Assembly (NCBI GenBank): GCA_010909165.1
Contig: MU008162.1
Span: 62,001-126,000 of the forward strand
Source of the DNA: Anthoceros angustus
Lineage: Eukaryota; Plantae; Anthocerotophyta
Direction of reading: 5' to 3'
Length of the DNA: 64,000 bases
Shown piece by piece: positions 62,333-64,000 of the stretch (its first letter is position 1; each line of letters starts with the position of its first letter). The notes beneath the pieces were generated by a model that was not told the origin of the DNA, did no database searches, and saw only the letters and a program-made list of their open reading frames with translations. Position numbers and translations under genes: made by a program.

Positions 62333-63104
62333 AAGAATCTCGACCTGAGGTGAAAGAAGCCAAACTTGCAGACAAAGGACCAGGCCCTTCCCACGAGGGT
62401 AAATGAAAGATCTAAAAGGACTAATATCTAATAGGTAGCCACAGGTATCTCATGTAATGGACACACAAAAGGTAATTTGAGAAAGAGAAGGTGTTGAATG
62501 CGGTTGTTACAGAATTTAATGTAAGATGAAATACATTAAGTAGTTTCATATAGTTAAATTTGATAAAATTAAAATTAAAATAATATTTCTTGATATATAA
62601 TATATAACAAGAATTTCAAAATTACAGTCAATAATTTCATGATACATGCTTGATATAAAATATCTATAATAATAATATAAAAAATGCGATGAAAGAATAC
62701 TAGATAAAAGATAGGTCCTAAAAATGGGTCATCGAGGATAATGTTGATCTCACAAGTACATAAATGAGCTCAATAATACCATCGCCTCCTAAAAGGAGCG
62801 GAAATGAAGAAAATATCTGCACACATTCAAACGTGCATCCAACATATTTGTATACCTACGTACTGGCCGTGTCCGTAGTTCAGTAAATAGTGCATATTCT
62901 TCATCTGTGATGGGACCCACAAAGTACCTGGTATGACCATTAACAAGCACGCGTCATGCATGTGCCATGTCGTGAAAGCGGATGGTCTGGAAAGGAACTG
63001 GGTTTACCGGCCCCGGTAACCGACACTGCCGTGTGCCCCCTGCTCCTGCATCATGCGCTTTGTAAGCTTGTCGGATTCGTGAATCGTGGAACGTTGAGGC
63101 CGCC

Positions 63105-64000
63105 ATGTGTACCTCTCTGCAGCTGCAGCTGCAGCTCGCATCGTGCAGCGGCTCCTGGCCTCGGCCACGGGAATGTGGATTTGCGCTGCCAGCTGCGGGG
63201 AGCCTGGGGAGGACTCGGACAAGGAGCAGATCGGGCCGGGTGCAGTGCAGCGTGGGGGAAACGGGGATGGCCTGGGTGAGCTTCCCCAAGCTGGAGGGAG
63301 CCGGCCACCGGCTCATGTCCGACATAGCAGGCACCATCGAGACGGAGCTAGGGCCGTTGCTGGAACCAAGCCGCACTCCTGAGGATGTCAAGCATTTCAA
63401 GAACGCGCAGGGGAATGGCGAGGGCTCCGTTACCATCAGGGCCGGGAAGGAAGGGTCTAAGGTCCGTCTTTAAGTCGGGATGGCATGGAGATGAGTTGCC
63501 GGAGTCGGAATTGGCCTGGGGAAGCATCTGACTGAGGCTGGTGTGGTGCGTGCAGATCGATTTCGTGCTCGGATCTTGGCTGAACGTGGAGTTGCCGTTT
63601 GGGACACTCAAGATTGCCACGCTCATTGCTATGCTTGCACCGGGCACGGATGCTCCGCACCTGCTGTTTGAGTTCATCCAGAGCGGGCCGAATGCTCTTG
63701 TTGTTGTGCTCGACCTGCTCCCTCGGAAAGATTTGGTGCTGGAACCTGAGTATCTGAAGCGGATATACGAGGATTCGGAGCTGGAGAATGTGAGGCTGGA
63801 GCTGCACAAGGTTCGGGCTGTGCAGGACTATGTTTCCTCTTCTCTTTACGTGAGAAGCATTATCTCACCAACTGCGCTGCTGCTTAAAATCAATGGAAAT
63901 CTTCCCTCGGGGGAGCCTGTTGAGGGAGGGCTGGAGGAAGTGGTGGCCCGATCTGTCCATCCGAATGCCAAGAAAGTGTTTCTCACCTGGTTGGATGCAT
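63105..64000 (+). CDS. RCCR: Red chlorophyll catabolite reductase (partial, runs off the window); intron 63462-63555
   Basis: Transit-like N-terminus, then P.DVKHFKN..GEGSVTIRAG..SK|IDFVLGSWL, TDAPHLLFEFIQSGP..VVLDLLPRKDLVLEPEYLKRIYE, SSLYVRS (ACD2 family). Confidence 0.93.

Overview
Gene-dense nuclear DNA from a non-seed land plant. Short GT-AG introns, a chloroplast Lhcb, RCCR and the flagellar gene CFAP57 point to flagellated sperm and a compact hornwort/lycophyte-like genome (taxon is inference). The first ~28 kb is a transposon-rich block: Ty1/copia remnants, an inverted acidic-repeat pair, a major LHCII gene whose mature protein has no Met or Cys, and an RDR-gamma (RDR3/4/5-like) gene. 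That RDR is split by a full-length Ty1/copia element and cut off at its 5' end by a MULE/SWIM fragment. Next is a long-TIR MULE/SWIM element carrying a nested TIR element. Several 0.5-2 kb tandem duplications with indel-rich copies suggest local long-read assembly artefacts. The last ~36 kb is euchromatic: a DG1/EMB2279-like PPR gene, TRS120, cyclophilin, site-2 protease, a divergent alpha-tubulin with no acidic tail, an mTERF, a DUF1639 gene, an AT-rich minisatellite, tRNA-Ala(CGC), CFAP57 and the 5' part of RCCR. The best candidate for a new system is the sulfur-free LHCII, a possible land-plant sulfur-sparing antenna isoform with an EIL3/SLIM1-type motif beside its TATA box.
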